Assembly: GCA_040901485.1 (NCBI GenBank)
Contig: JBBDYM010000038.1
Span: 17,491 to 81,490 of the forward strand
Direction of reading: 5' to 3'
DNA: 64,000 nucleotides
DNA from: Methyloceanibacter sp.
Lineage (GTDB): Bacteria; Pseudomonadota; Alphaproteobacteria; Rhizobiales; Methyloligellaceae
The notes under the pieces were generated by a model. That model did not search any database, was not told where the DNA came from, and saw only the letters and a list, made by a program, of their open reading frames with translations. The position numbers and the translations under genes are program-made. Positions 1-10,231 of this stretch are shown here, one piece after another; position 1 is the stretch's first letter; each line of letters starts with the position of its first letter.

Positions 1-347
1 TCCTCGGCGCCGGGAATTTGCTTGGCGAATTCGGGCGGAAAGCTGCCATGCACGGTCGAGACGTGGCAGCCGACCTTCTCGAACACGAGGCCGTCGCTCA
101 TCAACGCCATGACGCCGCCGCCGCCGTCGGCGCCGTCGGTGCCGTCTTGCTCTTGGCGGGTCCAGGGCGTGCGGACGAAGCGGACAGGGGTCTTGCCCTT
201 TGCCGCCGCGTCCTCGATCGCCTCGAGCGCGGCGCACAACTCATCGCGCAGATGCTCGAACCATACCCGCGCCCGCTCCTTGCGCGCGTCGAGCGTCTCG
301 CCCGAGACTTTCGGTCCGTCCTGCTCGCGCTTGCGTTCCTGCTGCAT
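1..347 (-). CDS. hemF: Oxygen-dependent coproporphyrinogen III oxidase, N-terminal part (runs off window start)
   Basis: Manual minus-strand translation from ATG at 347: ...ARVWFEHLRDELCAALEAIED...FVRTPWTR...GGGGVMALMSDGLVFEKVGCHVSTVHGSFPPEFAKQIPGAE, typical of the HemF N-terminus. Not in the ORF track because it has no stop in the window. Confidence 0.88.
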   Translation of the reverse strand, partial: MQQERKREQDGPKVSGETLDARKERARVWFEHLRDELCAALEAIEDAAAKGKTPVRFVRTPWTRQEQDGTDGADGGGGVMALMSDGLVFEKVGCHVSTVHGSFPPEFAKQIPGAE

Positions 348-616
348 GTGGTTATCTCGATGCCACGATTTGCCGCCTATAGACTTAAGCTTCATCAGGT
401 CTTCGTGCGCCAATTTGCCCAAGCCACCGGCCCTGGACAACTATGAGGCCTGATGCAAAAAAGCGGCAGAAAAGAATGCTGTATCGCGGCTTCGCGAGAG
501 ATTGTGGGCAAAATTCAGACCGAAAGTTTTGAGCTTTGCTCAAGTTTCGTTTTGTGACCTTCAGATTTCACCGAAAGCGTTTATTTCCAAAGCCTTGACC
601 TAGGAGGCCTGGGCCC

Positions 617-1219
617 GTGGCCAGCCACGAAAATTCCCTAGACCCTATCGTCCTTGACGATGAGGATTTGTCGCGGCGCGATGTCATCCTGATCGCGGCG
701 GGAGGTTTCACGGCCATCGGTACGGCGGCGGCACTCTGGCCTCTGCTCGACCAGATGAACCCCGACGCCTCGACGCTCTCGCTCGCCACTACCGAAGTCG
801 ACATCTCCCCTATCGAAGTCGGACAGGCGATCACGGTGATGTGGCGCGGCAAGCCCATCTTCATCCGTCACCGCACCGCGCAGGAGATCGAGCAGGCGAA
901 GGCCACCCCCCTCGACGATCTGATCGACCCTCTGGCGCGGAACGTCAATCTACCTGACGACGCCCCCGCCACCGATGAGAATCGCGCCGTGCCCGAGCGC
1001 GAGCCGTTGCTCGTGATGATCGGCATCTGCACCCATCTCGGCTGTATCCCGATAGGGCAGGCACCCGGCCAATATAAAGGAGAGTATGGCGGCTGGTTCT
1101 GTCCCTGCCACGGCTCGCAATACGACACCGCCGGCCGCGTGCGCATCGGTCCCGCGCCGCAGAACATGTACATCCCGCCTTACAGCTTCACCTCCGACAC
1201 CAAGATCAAAATCGGGTAG
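617..1219 (+). CDS. petA: Ubiquinol-cytochrome c reductase Rieske Fe-S subunit
   Basis: Tat-like SRRD motif followed by a TM helix; Rieske boxes CTHLGC and CPCHGS; GPAP motif. Confidence 0.97.
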   Translation: MASHENSLDPIVLDDEDLSRRDVILIAAGGFTAIGTAAALWPLLDQMNPDASTLSLATTEVDISPIEVGQAITVMWRGKPIFIRHRTAQEIEQAKATPLDDLIDPLARNVNLPDDAPATDENRAVPEREPLLVMIGICTHLGCIPIGQAPGQYKGEYGGWFCPCHGSQYDTAGRVRIGPAPQNMYIPPYSFTSDTKIKIG

Positions 1220-1227
1220 AGCCGGCC

Positions 1228-2502
1228 ATGGCCCATCCCTCTACCTATCGGCCGGCAAGCGGCGTCGCGAAATGGCTCGATGAACGGCTGCCGGTCGCGC
1301 GGGTGATGCACGACCAGTTCATGGTCTACCCCACGCCGCGCAATTTGAACTATTGGTGGACCTTTGGCGGCATCCTCACTTTCATGCTGGTGGCGCAGAT
1401 CGTCACCGGCGTGGTGCTCGCCATGCACTACATCCCGGCCGAGGATCGCGCCTTCGATAGCGTCGAGCGGATCATGCGCGATGTGAATTGGGGCTGGCTG
1501 TTGCGCTACGCGCATGCCGTCGGCGCCTCGATGTTCTTCCTCGCCGTCTACGTCCACACTTTCCGCGGCCTGTATTACGGGTCCTACAAGGCCCCGCGCG
1601 AAGTGCTGTGGATCCTCGGCGTGCTCATCCTGCTGCTGATGATCGCCACCGCCTTCATGGGCTATTCGCTGCCTTGGGGGCAGATGAGCTTCTGGGCGGT
1701 GACCGTCATCACCAATCTGTTCTCATCGCTCGATGCGGTGATTCCGGGGCTTGGCACGACGCTAGTGCAATGGATCTGGGGCGGCTTCTCGGTGGGCGGG
1801 CCGACGCTCAACCGGCTCTACAGCCTCCACTATTTGTTCCCCTTCATCATCGCCGGCGTGGTGGGCTTGCACATCTGGGCGCTGCATGTGCCGGGCAACA
1901 ACAACCCGACCGGCATCAACGTGAAATCGCCCGCGGAGACGGTGCCGTTCCACCCCTACTACTCGATCAAGGACGGCTTCGCGCTGGTGATGTTCCTGTT
2001 GCTGTTCGGCGCGCTCCTGTTCTACGCGCCGAACCTGCTCGGCCATGCCGACAACTACATTCCGGCCAATCCGCTACAGACGCCGCCGCATATCGTGCCG
2101 GAATGGTATTTCCTGCCGTTCTACGCAATTCTTCGCGCCGTCCCCGACAAATTGTTGGGCGTGGTCACGCTCTTGGCCTCCATTGGCGTGCTGTTCTTCG
2201 TGCCCTGGCTGGACACGTCGAAGGTGCGGTCCACCAGCTACCGGCCCATCTACAAATGGTTCTTCTGGGCCTTCGTGGTGACCTGCATCGCGCTCGGATA
2301 TCTCGGCTCGCAAGCACCCGATGGCTGGTATCTCTTCTTCGGGCGCGTCTTCACCATCTACTATTTCGCTTTCTTCCTGGTGGTGATGCCCGTGCTCGGC
2401 AAGTTCGAGCGGCCGCGCAGACTGCCCGGCAGCATCACCGAAGCGGTGCTTGGACACGAGGCGTCGGCGGCCAAGCCGCGCGAGCGCGAGGCGGTGGCAT
2501 GA
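1228..2502 (+). CDS. petB: Cytochrome b of the bc1 complex
   Basis: [34 protein letters not shown] and PEWY motifs. Confidence 0.98.
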   Translation: MAHPSTYRPASGVAKWLDERLPVARVMHDQFMVYPTPRNLNYWWTFGGILTFMLVAQIVTGVVLAMHYIPAEDRAFDSVERIMRDVNWGWLLRYAHAVGASMFFLAVYVHTFRGLYYGSYKAPREVLWILGVLILLLMIATAFMGYSLPWGQMSFWAVTVITNLFSSLDAVIPGLGTTLVQWIWGGFSVGGPTLNRLYSLHYLFPFIIAGVVGLHIWALHVPGNNNPTGINVKSPAETVPFHPYYSIKDGFALVMFLLLFGALLFYAPNLLGHADNYIPANPLQTPPHIVPEWYFLPFYAILRAVPDKLLGVVTLLASIGVLFFVPWLDTSKVRSTSYRPIYKWFFWAFVVTCIALGYLGSQAPDGWYLFFGRVFTIYYFAFFLVVMPVLGKFERPRRLPGSITEAVLGHEASAAKPREREAVA

Positions 2503-3323
2503 CGAGCCACTCCTGCCTCAAGCTTTTCGGTGTCTTCCTGCTGGCGCTAGCTTTGCCGGATCGCGGTATCGGCGATGAAGAGCACAGCCATGCGTCCGAG
2601 CTCCAGCGCCAGAGCTGGACCTTCACGCCGCCTTTCGGCACGTTCGACAACGCCCAGCTCCAGCGCGGCTACCATGTCTACCGGGATGTCTGCGCCCAGT
2701 GCCATTCCATGCGCCTCCTGTCCTACCGCAATCTCGGCGAGCCCGGCGGACCCGAATTTTCGGCGAAAGTCGTCGAGACTCTCGCCGCGCAAGCGCAGAT
2801 AACCGACGGACCTGACGACAAGGGCCAGATGTTTCAGCGGCCGGGGCGGCCGTCCGATCGCTTCCGCTCGCCCTTCCCCAACGATCAGGCGGCGCGGGCG
2901 GCGAACAACGGCGCGCTGCCGCCCGACCTGTCGGTGCTAGCCAAGGCGAGGTCGGGTGGGCCGGACTATATCTACGCGCTGCTCATGGGCTACCGTGACC
3001 CGCCGCCGGACTTCACGCTCGCGCCCGGCATGCATTACAACGAAGCGTTCCCCGGACACCAGACCGCCATGCCTGGGCTTTTGCGCGACGGCATGGTCGG
3101 CTACACCGACGGCACCGAGAAGACCCTCGACAATTATGCCAAGGACGTCTCCGCCTTTCTGATGTGGACGGCGGAGCCAAAGCTCGAGGAACGCCACAAG
3201 GTCGGAACGCGAGTGATGGTCTTCCTCCTCGTGTTCGCGGTGATCATGTATCTCGCCAAGCGCGCCGTCTGGGTACCGCTGCACCGCCGCCGCGACGGCG
3301 CCAAGCAATCTTCCTCATCCTGA
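2499..3323 (+). CDS. petC: Cytochrome c1
   Basis: ATG at 2499 overlaps the petB TGA (ATGA). Signal peptide, CAQCH heme motif, [13 protein letters not shown] Met ligand and C-terminal TM anchor. C-terminal part of track ORF 1488..3323. Confidence 0.95.
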   Translation: MTSHSCLKLFGVFLLALALPDRGIGDEEHSHASELQRQSWTFTPPFGTFDNAQLQRGYHVYRDVCAQCHSMRLLSYRNLGEPGGPEFSAKVVETLAAQAQITDGPDDKGQMFQRPGRPSDRFRSPFPNDQAARAANNGALPPDLSVLAKARSGGPDYIYALLMGYRDPPPDFTLAPGMHYNEAFPGHQTAMPGLLRDGMVGYTDGTEKTLDNYAKDVSAFLMWTAEPKLEERHKVGTRVMVFLLVFAVIMYLAKRAVWVPLHRRRDGAKQSSSS

Positions 3324-3452
3324 GGGCGACCCCGGATTTGGTCCGGGGGAGCGTCTCGAAGGATGAGGCCATGCTTCGAGACGCGCCCTTTTTTGGGGCG
3401 CTCCTCAGCATGAGGTTAGTGTGCTGGATTCCGGCTTTCGCAAGAATGACGG
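3313..3452. repeat. Rhizobiales-type palindromic intergenic repeat (REP/RIME-like) followed by half of a second palindromic element
   Basis: Terminal inverted repeats CCTCATCCTGAGG (3313-3325) / CCTCAGCATGAGG (3403-3415); inner arms GCGTCTCGAAGGATG / CATGCTTCGAGACGC; nested small hairpins; then CTGGATTCCGGCTTTCGCAAGAATGACGG. Confidence 0.75.
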
Positions 3453-3503
3453 CGTGTGGCAAGTTGGACTCTACCGCTGGATCCTTAGCCAACCAGGAAT
3501 GCC

Positions 3504-4058
3504 ATGAAAAGCGTAGTCCTTGCTCTGCTTGTTGCGCTTGGCGCATTACCCGCCCAGGCCGCGGACGACGCGCCCGCGCCGAAGGACATGGTCGTGCTCA
3601 CCGTCTCCGGCATGATCGGCAACACCAATCGTGGCGCGCTCGACGAAAAGCGGGACAGCCTGCTCGCGCGCTATGGCGCCAAGTTCGAGCGCGCCTTCGC
3701 CTTCGACCGGGCGATGCTGCTTCGCCTCAAGCAGGGAAGCGTCACGGTGCACCCGCCTGAGTTCGACAAGCCCGCCACCTTCACCGGCCCGCTCTTGACG
3801 GAGCTGCTCGGGTTTCTCGAGGCGGCAAAGCTGAAAGTCACCGTACTGGCGGTCAACGGCTATGAAGGGTGGCTCGCGCCGGAGGACATCGACGGGTCGG
3901 ATTGGATACTCGCGCTCAAGGCCGACGGCGTGCCGCTCGGCTTAGGCCAGCAGGGGCCGATCTGGATGCTCAACACGCGGGCCGACAGCGAGAAGGCACG
4001 CGAGGACCAGCGCGGCCATTGGGTGTGGGCCGTGTTCTACCTGCACGTCGGCGATTGA
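3504..4058 (+). CDS. Exported protein with a molybdopterin-oxidoreductase-like domain, function unknown
   Basis: Signal peptide (AQA-A); VLTVSG, FTGPLL, AVNGY and ILALKADGVPLGLGQQGPIW patterns typical of this small periplasmic family. Confidence 0.6.
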   Translation: MKSVVLALLVALGALPAQAADDAPAPKDMVVLTVSGMIGNTNRGALDEKRDSLLARYGAKFERAFAFDRAMLLRLKQGSVTVHPPEFDKPATFTGPLLTELLGFLEAAKLKVTVLAVNGYEGWLAPEDIDGSDWILALKADGVPLGLGQQGPIWMLNTRADSEKAREDQRGHWVWAVFYLHVGD

Positions 4059-4071
4059 TGGGGACGGCGAC

Positions 4072-4950
4072 ATGACTAAAGCGGTGCTCGGGGTGATCGG
4101 CGGGTCAGGCGTTTACGACCTGACGGGCTTGAAGAATGTGCGCGAGGAGCGCATCGCAAGCCCGTGGGGAGAGCCATCGGCGCCTCTCAGGATCGGCGAT
4201 ATCGACGGGCTCCCCATCGTGTTCCTGTCGCGTCACGACAAGGGCCATAGGCTCTCGCCCACCGACATCAACTACCGCGCCAATATCGATGTGCTTAAGC
4301 GGGCAGGCGTCACCGACCTCGTGTCGCTGGCGGCCTGCGGCTCGTTCAAGGAGGACCTGCCGCCCGGCACTTTCGTGCTGGTCGACCAATTCGTCGATCG
4401 CACGTTCCATCGCCCCAGCTCCTTCTTCGGCGAAGGCTGCGTGGCTCATGTGTCCATGGCCCATCCGGTCAGCCCGCGCCTGCGCATCCATCTTGCTGAA
4501 GCGGCAATGGCCGAAGACATCGACGTGGTACGCGACGGCACCTATGTGTGCATGGAGGGTCCGCAATTCTCCACGCTCGCCGAGAGCAACACCTATAAGG
4601 GTCTCGGCTATTCGGTGATCGGCATGACCAACATGCCGGAGGCCAAGCTCGCGCGTGAGGCGGAGATTTGCTACGCGACGGTGGCCATGGTCACCGATTT
4701 CGACTGCTGGCACCCTGACCACGACGCGGTCACCGTCACCGACATCATCAAGGTGCTGACGGCCAATGCCGGGAAGGCGCAGCGTCTGGTGGCGCGGCTG
4801 GCGCGCGATTTCCCGCGTGAGCACGAGCCATGCCCGATCGGCTCGGACCGCGCCCTCGACACCGCCATAATCACCGCGCCGGAAGCGCGCGATCCCGAGC
4901 TTCTCAAGAAGCTCGATGCCGTCGCGGGACGCGTGCTGAACCCTCACTAG
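4072..4950 (+). CDS. mtnP: S-methyl-5'-thioadenosine phosphorylase
   Basis: GVIGGSG, NYRANI, MEGPQFST-AES, IGMTNMPEAKLAREAEICY and TDFDCWH motifs. Confidence 0.95.
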   Translation: MTKAVLGVIGGSGVYDLTGLKNVREERIASPWGEPSAPLRIGDIDGLPIVFLSRHDKGHRLSPTDINYRANIDVLKRAGVTDLVSLAACGSFKEDLPPGTFVLVDQFVDRTFHRPSSFFGEGCVAHVSMAHPVSPRLRIHLAEAAMAEDIDVVRDGTYVCMEGPQFSTLAESNTYKGLGYSVIGMTNMPEAKLAREAEICYATVAMVTDFDCWHPDHDAVTVTDIIKVLTANAGKAQRLVARLARDFPREHEPCPIGSDRALDTAIITAPEARDPELLKKLDAVAGRVLNPH

Positions 4951-5021
4951 TCAGCCGCCCGGTTCGACGATAGGCTCACGCGGGTTGCTATTTTGCCGAG
5001 CCATTTTGCGGAGGTCCTTGC

Positions 5022-5567
5022 ATGAGCCTGACGTCGGACATCGATCTCAAGGACCTCGTACGCACCATACCGGACTACCCGAAGCCCGGCATCATGTTCC
5101 GCGACATCACCACGCTGCTCGGACACGCCAACGGCTTCCGTGCCTGCGTCGAGCGGCTAGTGGCGCCCTTCACCAATCGCCGGGTGGAAGCGGTGGCGGG
5201 GATCGAGGCGCGCGGCTTCATCCTGGGTGGCGCCGTGGCCGACCGCTTGCGCTGCGGCTTCGTGCCGATCCGCAAGAAGGGCAAGCTGCCGGCCAAGGCC
5301 ATCGGCCAGGATTACAAGCTCGAATACGGCATCGACGTCATCGAGGTGCATGAGGACGCAATCAGCTCGGGCGAGCCGGTGCTTCTGGTCGACGATCTGA
5401 TCGCCACCGGCGGCACGGCGGAGGCCGCGGTCAAGCTCCTGCGCCGGCTGAATGCCGAGGTGATCGGCGCCGCCTTCGTCATCGAGCTGCCCGATCTCGG
5501 CGGTTGCGCGCGCCTCGCCAAGCTTGGCGTTGAGTGCCATTCGCTGATGTCCTTCTCAGGGGACTGA
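5022..5567 (+). CDS. apt: Adenine phosphoribosyltransferase
   Basis: [36 protein letters not shown] and the PRPP loop [10 protein letters not shown]. Confidence 0.96.
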   Translation: MSLTSDIDLKDLVRTIPDYPKPGIMFRDITTLLGHANGFRACVERLVAPFTNRRVEAVAGIEARGFILGGAVADRLRCGFVPIRKKGKLPAKAIGQDYKLEYGIDVIEVHEDAISSGEPVLLVDDLIATGGTAEAAVKLLRRLNAEVIGAAFVIELPDLGGCARLAKLGVECHSLMSFSGD

Positions 5568-5583
5568 GGCGCGTGCTTGCGGC

Positions 5584-6678
5584 ATGAATATCGACGGCAA
5601 GCCTTACCGCACCATCTGGCTCAACGAGGACGGTTGGTCGGTCGAAATCATCGACCAGACCAGGCTGCCCTTCGACTTCACCACCGTGACGCTGCGCACA
5701 CTGGAAGACGCGGCGCGCGCGATCTCCACCATGCAGGTGCGGGGCGCACCGCTGATCGGCGCGACCGCCGCGTATGGCGTGGCGCTGGCGCTGCGCGACG
5801 ATGCCTCCGCCGAGGCGCTCGACCGGGCTTGCAATATCCTCGCCGCCACCCGCCCGACGGCCGTCAATCTCCGTTGGGCGCTCGAAGAAATGCAGAAAGC
5901 AATACGCAATCAGCCGCGCGACCGGCGCGTTGCCGCCGCCTACGCCCGTGCCGCCGCGATCTGCGACGAGGATGTGGAGACCTGCCGGAAGATCGGCGAG
6001 CACGGCCTTGGCCTGATTCAGGCGCATGCGGAAAAGAAGGGTGGCGAGCCGGTCAATATCCTCACCCATTGCAATGCCGGCTGGCTCGCGACCGTCGATT
6101 GGGGCACGGCGCTTGCCCCCATCTACCGCGCCCACGACCAAGGCATCAAAGTGCATGTATGGGTAGACGAGACGCGGCCCCGCAATCAGGGCGCCTCGCT
6201 CACTGCCTTCGAGCTCGGCGCGCATGGCGTGCCGCACACCATCGTCGCCGACAACACCGGCGGCCATCTCATGCAGAAGAAGCTGGTCGATCTCTGCATC
6301 GTCGGCACCGACCGCGTCACGGCCAATGGCGATGTCGCCAACAAGATCGGCACCTATCTGAAAGCGCTCGCCGCCCGCGACAACGGCATCCAGTTCTTCG
6401 TGGCGCTACCGCATTCGACCATCGACTGGAGCCTTGACGACGGCAGCGCCATCCCCATCGAGGAGCGCGACCCGGGCGAAGTCACCCATATCACAGGCAA
6501 GCTGCCGGACGGCTTGGTCGCCACCGTTTTAATCACGCCCGAAGGAAGTCCCGTCGCGAATTACGGCTTTGACGTCACGCCGGCGCGCCTCGTCACCGGT
6601 TTCATCACCGAGCGCGGCGTCACGCCCGGCAGCCGGGAAGGACTATCCGTGCTTTATCCAGAGTATACTAAAAGGTGA
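5584..6678 (+). CDS. mtnA: Methylthioribose-1-phosphate isomerase
   Basis: [49 protein letters not shown] and FDVTP motifs. Confidence 0.96.
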   Translation: MNIDGKPYRTIWLNEDGWSVEIIDQTRLPFDFTTVTLRTLEDAARAISTMQVRGAPLIGATAAYGVALALRDDASAEALDRACNILAATRPTAVNLRWALEEMQKAIRNQPRDRRVAAAYARAAAICDEDVETCRKIGEHGLGLIQAHAEKKGGEPVNILTHCNAGWLATVDWGTALAPIYRAHDQGIKVHVWVDETRPRNQGASLTAFELGAHGVPHTIVADNTGGHLMQKKLVDLCIVGTDRVTANGDVANKIGTYLKALAARDNGIQFFVALPHSTIDWSLDDGSAIPIEERDPGEVTHITGKLPDGLVATVLITPEGSPVANYGFDVTPARLVTGFITERGVTPGSREGLSVLYPEYTKR

Positions 6679-7030
6679 ACCCACTTTGGTTCTCACCCTT
6701 ACTGCTTTGTAATACTTGGTTTTTGGTTCCACCTAGCACCTGTGGCGAGTCGTCGCACGTAGATGCGAGAAAATTTCCGAGCTTCTGCCGGAGAGTAAAG
6801 CAATTCTGGTGAGATAGAACACTCGGCAAACCTCGATTGTTCACGACTTATCCTCACAAATACTTGGAGGAGGGGTAGATAATTCGCATCTGTGCCCCAA
6901 TTTCAGGCATGCAATCGGGCTGAAGCCCGGACGCTGGCCCGGCGGGGGCCATGTGGCGCGCCCGGGTGCTGTCCTAATTAGAGGCTGAGTGTCCTAATTC
7001 ACAAAACTTAGCTGCCCCTGGTCCGACCGA

Positions 7031-8578
7031 ATGGCCGATGTGTCTTTATACGCGTCTTTCTTTGCCGTGTTCTATATCGCGACGCAAAGCCTCTACACGC
7101 TCGCCTTCTTTCTCGATTGGTACTTGGTGAGCTTGCCTATCAACTGGGTTGACATGGATGAAGCAAAGGATCTGAAGCCGGAGGATTATCCGCACATCGT
7201 TTTGTTTTATCCGGTGTTGAGGGAAGCGGAGTCGACCATGCGAACGACATTTTTGTCGCTCGCGGAGTTGGATTATCCCTCCGACAAATATTTAGTCGTC
7301 GCCATCCCCAACTCTAACGACCATGAGACCATCGCCAGCCTGAAACGGCTGCGCGAGGAGTTCCCGTTTTTGCGGATCCTCGAGGTCCCGCCGACAAGCG
7401 ACCCAAGCTGGGAACCGGTCTGGCGCCATTGGGATCAGAACCAGAAGGCCTATGGGTGGCATCGCGGCAACCGGGCCAAGGACAAGAATCTTCCTCCGAA
7501 AAAGACGCGCCAGCTCATCTACGCCTTCTACACCATGGCGGACTATCTGCCCGAGGGAGAGGATTTTCTCGTCAACTATATCGACGCGGATAGTTGTCCG
7601 CCGCGCGACCATTTCCTGGCTGCCGCCGTGGGCATTCGGCATTACGACGTCCTTCAGTCGACCAATATCGCCGGGAACCTGAACGACAGCCTTGCCGCCA
7701 CCTGGCATTCATTCGACCACATGTGCTGGGATGGACTTAAATATCCCCATCTCTCGGCGGACGGCAGACATCCTTATTGGGTTCTCGGTAAGGGCCTGTT
7801 CTACAAGGCGTCCGACTTGCTGGCGCTTGGCGGCTTCCATCCCTGGATCGCCATCGAGGATCCCGAAATCGGCATGCGCTTCTGGGCCAACGGCAAGCGG
7901 CTCGGCATCATCGCCAATCCGCTGATCGAGGAAGTGCCGGTCACGTTCAGGCACGGCATCATTCAGCGCAAGCGCTGGGTCTGCGGTTTTTTCCAGAGCC
8001 TCGGGACGCCTTTGAAGGAATTCGGCATGACGCCGATCTAGCGCTTCCAGGCCTGGACCAATTTCCTTCCCTGCCTTTCCTTTTGGATCGGATCGCTCGG
8101 CATCCCGCTCGGGATTTGGGCGCTGTGGACTTATCTCAACGGCACTTCCCCTCTGCCGACATGGACCATCGCCCATTCGATCTTCAACCTGACCTGCCTC
8201 GCGGTCACGCTTTCCGTCCTCTATTGGAATACTTGGAAGAGAACCGCGATCGTCTTGGATCGAAAGCGCGATCGGCTCTGGTACCTCCTGCGAGTCAATC
8301 CGGTGTTCCTGATGATCTGGTGGCTGATCTGGATCATCCCGCTGTGGATCGGCTGGCGCATGTACCGGGAAGACACGGGGCTGGAGTGGGCCCGTACCCT
8401 CAAGATCGATGCCAATGCCACGCTCGTGCGGGCCTTGCTTGAGAAGCCGGTGCCGGCCAGGGTGCTGCTCCGCAAGCCGCTGACGAGACCGCAACTCACG
8501 GCTCGGCCAGAGATCAAGGAAGTAGAGGAATTCGAAGAGGAATTTGAGGTGGAGGGATTGGATGCCCAAACCGCATAA
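7031..8578 (+). pseudogene. Processive family-2 glycosyltransferase (cellulose-synthase-like) interrupted by one in-frame TAG at 8039-8041
   Basis: DADS (DxD), IED and QRKRW (QxxRW) motifs in 7031..8041. The same frame stays open for 178 more codons encoding hydrophobic TM segments and joins track ORF 8255..8578. Confidence 0.8.
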
Positions 8579-9710
8579 GGGGCATGTCTTGGTGACCGGC
8601 GGCGCCGGTTTTATCGGCTCGCATCTCGTCGATACCCTTTTGGACCGGGGGTACGAGGTCACCGTGCTCGATTGCTTGCTCGAGCAGGTGCACGGCGATG
8701 CCGAAAAGGATGCCGACGGTTGGCCGACCTATCTCAATCCCAAGGTACGGCGCATCAAAGGCGACATCCTGGAGGATGGCGTCTTCGAGAGCGCCCTCAG
8801 TGGTGTGACCCATCTCGCGCACCTGGCCGCGTCGGTCGGCGTGGGCCAAAGCATGACGAATATCGTCGATTACACCAGGAACAACACTTTGGCGGCGGCC
8901 ATCATGCTGGAGGTGCTGTCCAAGGGAAATCATTCGGTGAAGAACATCGTGGTCGCGTCATCGATGTCGATCTATGGTGAAGGCGGCTATCGCGTTCCGT
9001 CCAGCGGGGAAATTGTTGCGCCGTCGTTGCGTACCACCGAGCAATTGCTGGACAAGCAATGGGAGTTGATGCGCGACGGTGAGCGGCTCGATCCCATCCC
9101 CACTACCGAACAGAAGCCGCTCGAGCCCGCATCGATCTACGCGGTGAACAAGCGAGACCATGAGGAGATGTTCTTGTGCGTCGGCCGCGCCCTGGGCATC
9201 CCGACCGTGGCACTCCGCCTGTTCAACGTCTATGGCTCGCGGCAGGCCCTGAGCAATCCCTATACCGGGGTCGCCGCCATCTTCATTTCACGGTTGCTGA
9301 ACGACCAGCCGCCTCTGGTGTTCGAAGACGGCGAGCAGCGGCGCGACTTCGTGCACGTCTCCGATGTCGCCCATGCTTTCGCCACGGCATTGGAGGTCGA
9401 GGGCCCGGTCTGGGAGGTCTTCAATGTGGGGAGCGGCAAGTCGATCACGGTGAACGAGATCGCCTTCACCTTGGCGCGGTTGCTCAAGAAGAACATCGCT
9501 CCGTCCATCCTGAACAAATATCGCGTCGGCGATATCCGCCATTGCCTCGGCGACGTGACAAAGATTGCCGAGCGTCTGGGGGTGCGCCCTCGACGCAATT
9601 TCGAGGAGGGGATGGCCGAACTGATCGAGTGGGTGAGCAGCGTGCAAAAGCCCGCCGACCGCTCGGAGAAAAGCTTGGCCGAGCTCGCCGAAAACCGGCT
9701 GGTGATCTAG
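8562..9710 (+). CDS. NAD-dependent NDP-sugar epimerase/dehydratase (extended SDR)
   Basis: VTGGAGFIGSH, ASSMSIYG, YAVNK, RLFNVYG, DGEQRRDFVHV and RVGDIRH. ATG at 8562 preferred over the track start 8544. Confidence 0.9.
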   Translation: MPKPHKGHVLVTGGAGFIGSHLVDTLLDRGYEVTVLDCLLEQVHGDAEKDADGWPTYLNPKVRRIKGDILEDGVFESALSGVTHLAHLAASVGVGQSMTNIVDYTRNNTLAAAIMLEVLSKGNHSVKNIVVASSMSIYGEGGYRVPSSGEIVAPSLRTTEQLLDKQWELMRDGERLDPIPTTEQKPLEPASIYAVNKRDHEEMFLCVGRALGIPTVALRLFNVYGSRQALSNPYTGVAAIFISRLLNDQPPLVFEDGEQRRDFVHVSDVAHAFATALEVEGPVWEVFNVGSGKSITVNEIAFTLARLLKKNIAPSILNKYRVGDIRHCLGDVTKIAERLGVRPRRNFEEGMAELIEWVSSVQKPADRSEKSLAELAENRLVI

Positions 9711-9721
9711 GCAAACGAAAT

Positions 9722-9748
9722 AGGTGGGCACGCATGGCGTACCCACCT
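9722..9748. terminator. Hairpin between convergent genes, possible bidirectional terminator
   Basis: AGGTGGG-C-ACGC atg GCGT-A-CCCACCT stem-loop; no clear U-tract. Confidence 0.4.
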
Positions 9749-9781
9749 GTCTATTAAGCCGTCTGGCGCGAATTGCGCCCT

Positions 9782-10090
9782 TTACCACCCGAGCCAGATG
9801 CTGACGCCCGGCCTGCGCCAGTAGGGATAACCCCAACCCCGGTAATAGGGTCGGGCATAGTAGGGCCGGCCGTAATAACCCCGGTTGTAGCCGTAGCGCC
9901 GGTAGCGGTAAGGCCGATAATAGCGCCGAGGGCCCCTGTACCAACGCCTGCCGACTTCCTCCACAACGCCCGCATTGGCATGGCCTTGGGCGATGGTTGA
10001 AGCTGCCGGAAGCGCCGAAGCCGGCTTGGGCGCCGCGACGATGGCCGCGGCCAGAAAGGCGGCACAGGAAAGACCAAGTAATCCGCGCAT
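9782..10090 (-). CDS. Small secreted Arg/Tyr/Gly-rich protein
   Basis: ATG at 10090 after a GAGGA RBS; signal peptide MRGLLGLSCAAFLAAAIVAAPKPASA; low-complexity RYYRPYRYRRYGYNRGYYG tail. Confidence 0.75.
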   Translation of the reverse strand: MRGLLGLSCAAFLAAAIVAAPKPASALPAASTIAQGHANAGVVEEVGRRWYRGPRRYYRPYRYRRYGYNRGYYGRPYYARPYYRGWGYPYWRRPGVSIWLGW

Positions 10091-10129
10091 CGCTATTCCT
10101 CTGGTGATTTGCTGACCGTTGGTAAGCAT

Positions 10130-10154
10130 AACCATATAAGGCGGCAGGAGTTCC
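10130..10154 (-). promoter_or_regulatory. Possible general-stress sigma factor (EcfG/RpoE2-type) promoter
   Basis: Minus strand reads GGAAC-N16-GGTT about 40 nt upstream of the ATG at 10090; consensus is GGAAC-N16/17-(C)GTT. Confidence 0.35.
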
Positions 10155-10231
10155 GATGCTAAGCGAGGACTCCGGCTCATCTTCACAATTGAGAAGAGGC
10201 GGGCGGCTGGGCGGAGCCACGCCATGCGTGG

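Noticed and set aside
18-453. Plus-strand ORFs 18..446 and 22..453
   Set aside because: They are antisense shadows of the partial hemF on the minus strand.
1488-3323. 611-aa ORF suggesting a cytochrome b-c1 fusion like Bradyrhizobium FbcH
   Set aside because: The N-terminal part is an off-frame shadow of petB; petB has its own TGA overlapping the petC ATG at 2499.
6679-7030. Possible ncRNA or riboswitch in the long AT-richer intergenic region
   Set aside because: No recognisable family motif; a covariance-model search would be needed.
8039-8041. Pyrrolysine recoding of the TAG, tempting given TMA genes in the window
   Set aside because: No pyl genes or methylamine methyltransferases are seen, and the Tmm/Tdm route does not use pyrrolysine; one C-to-T change explains the codon.
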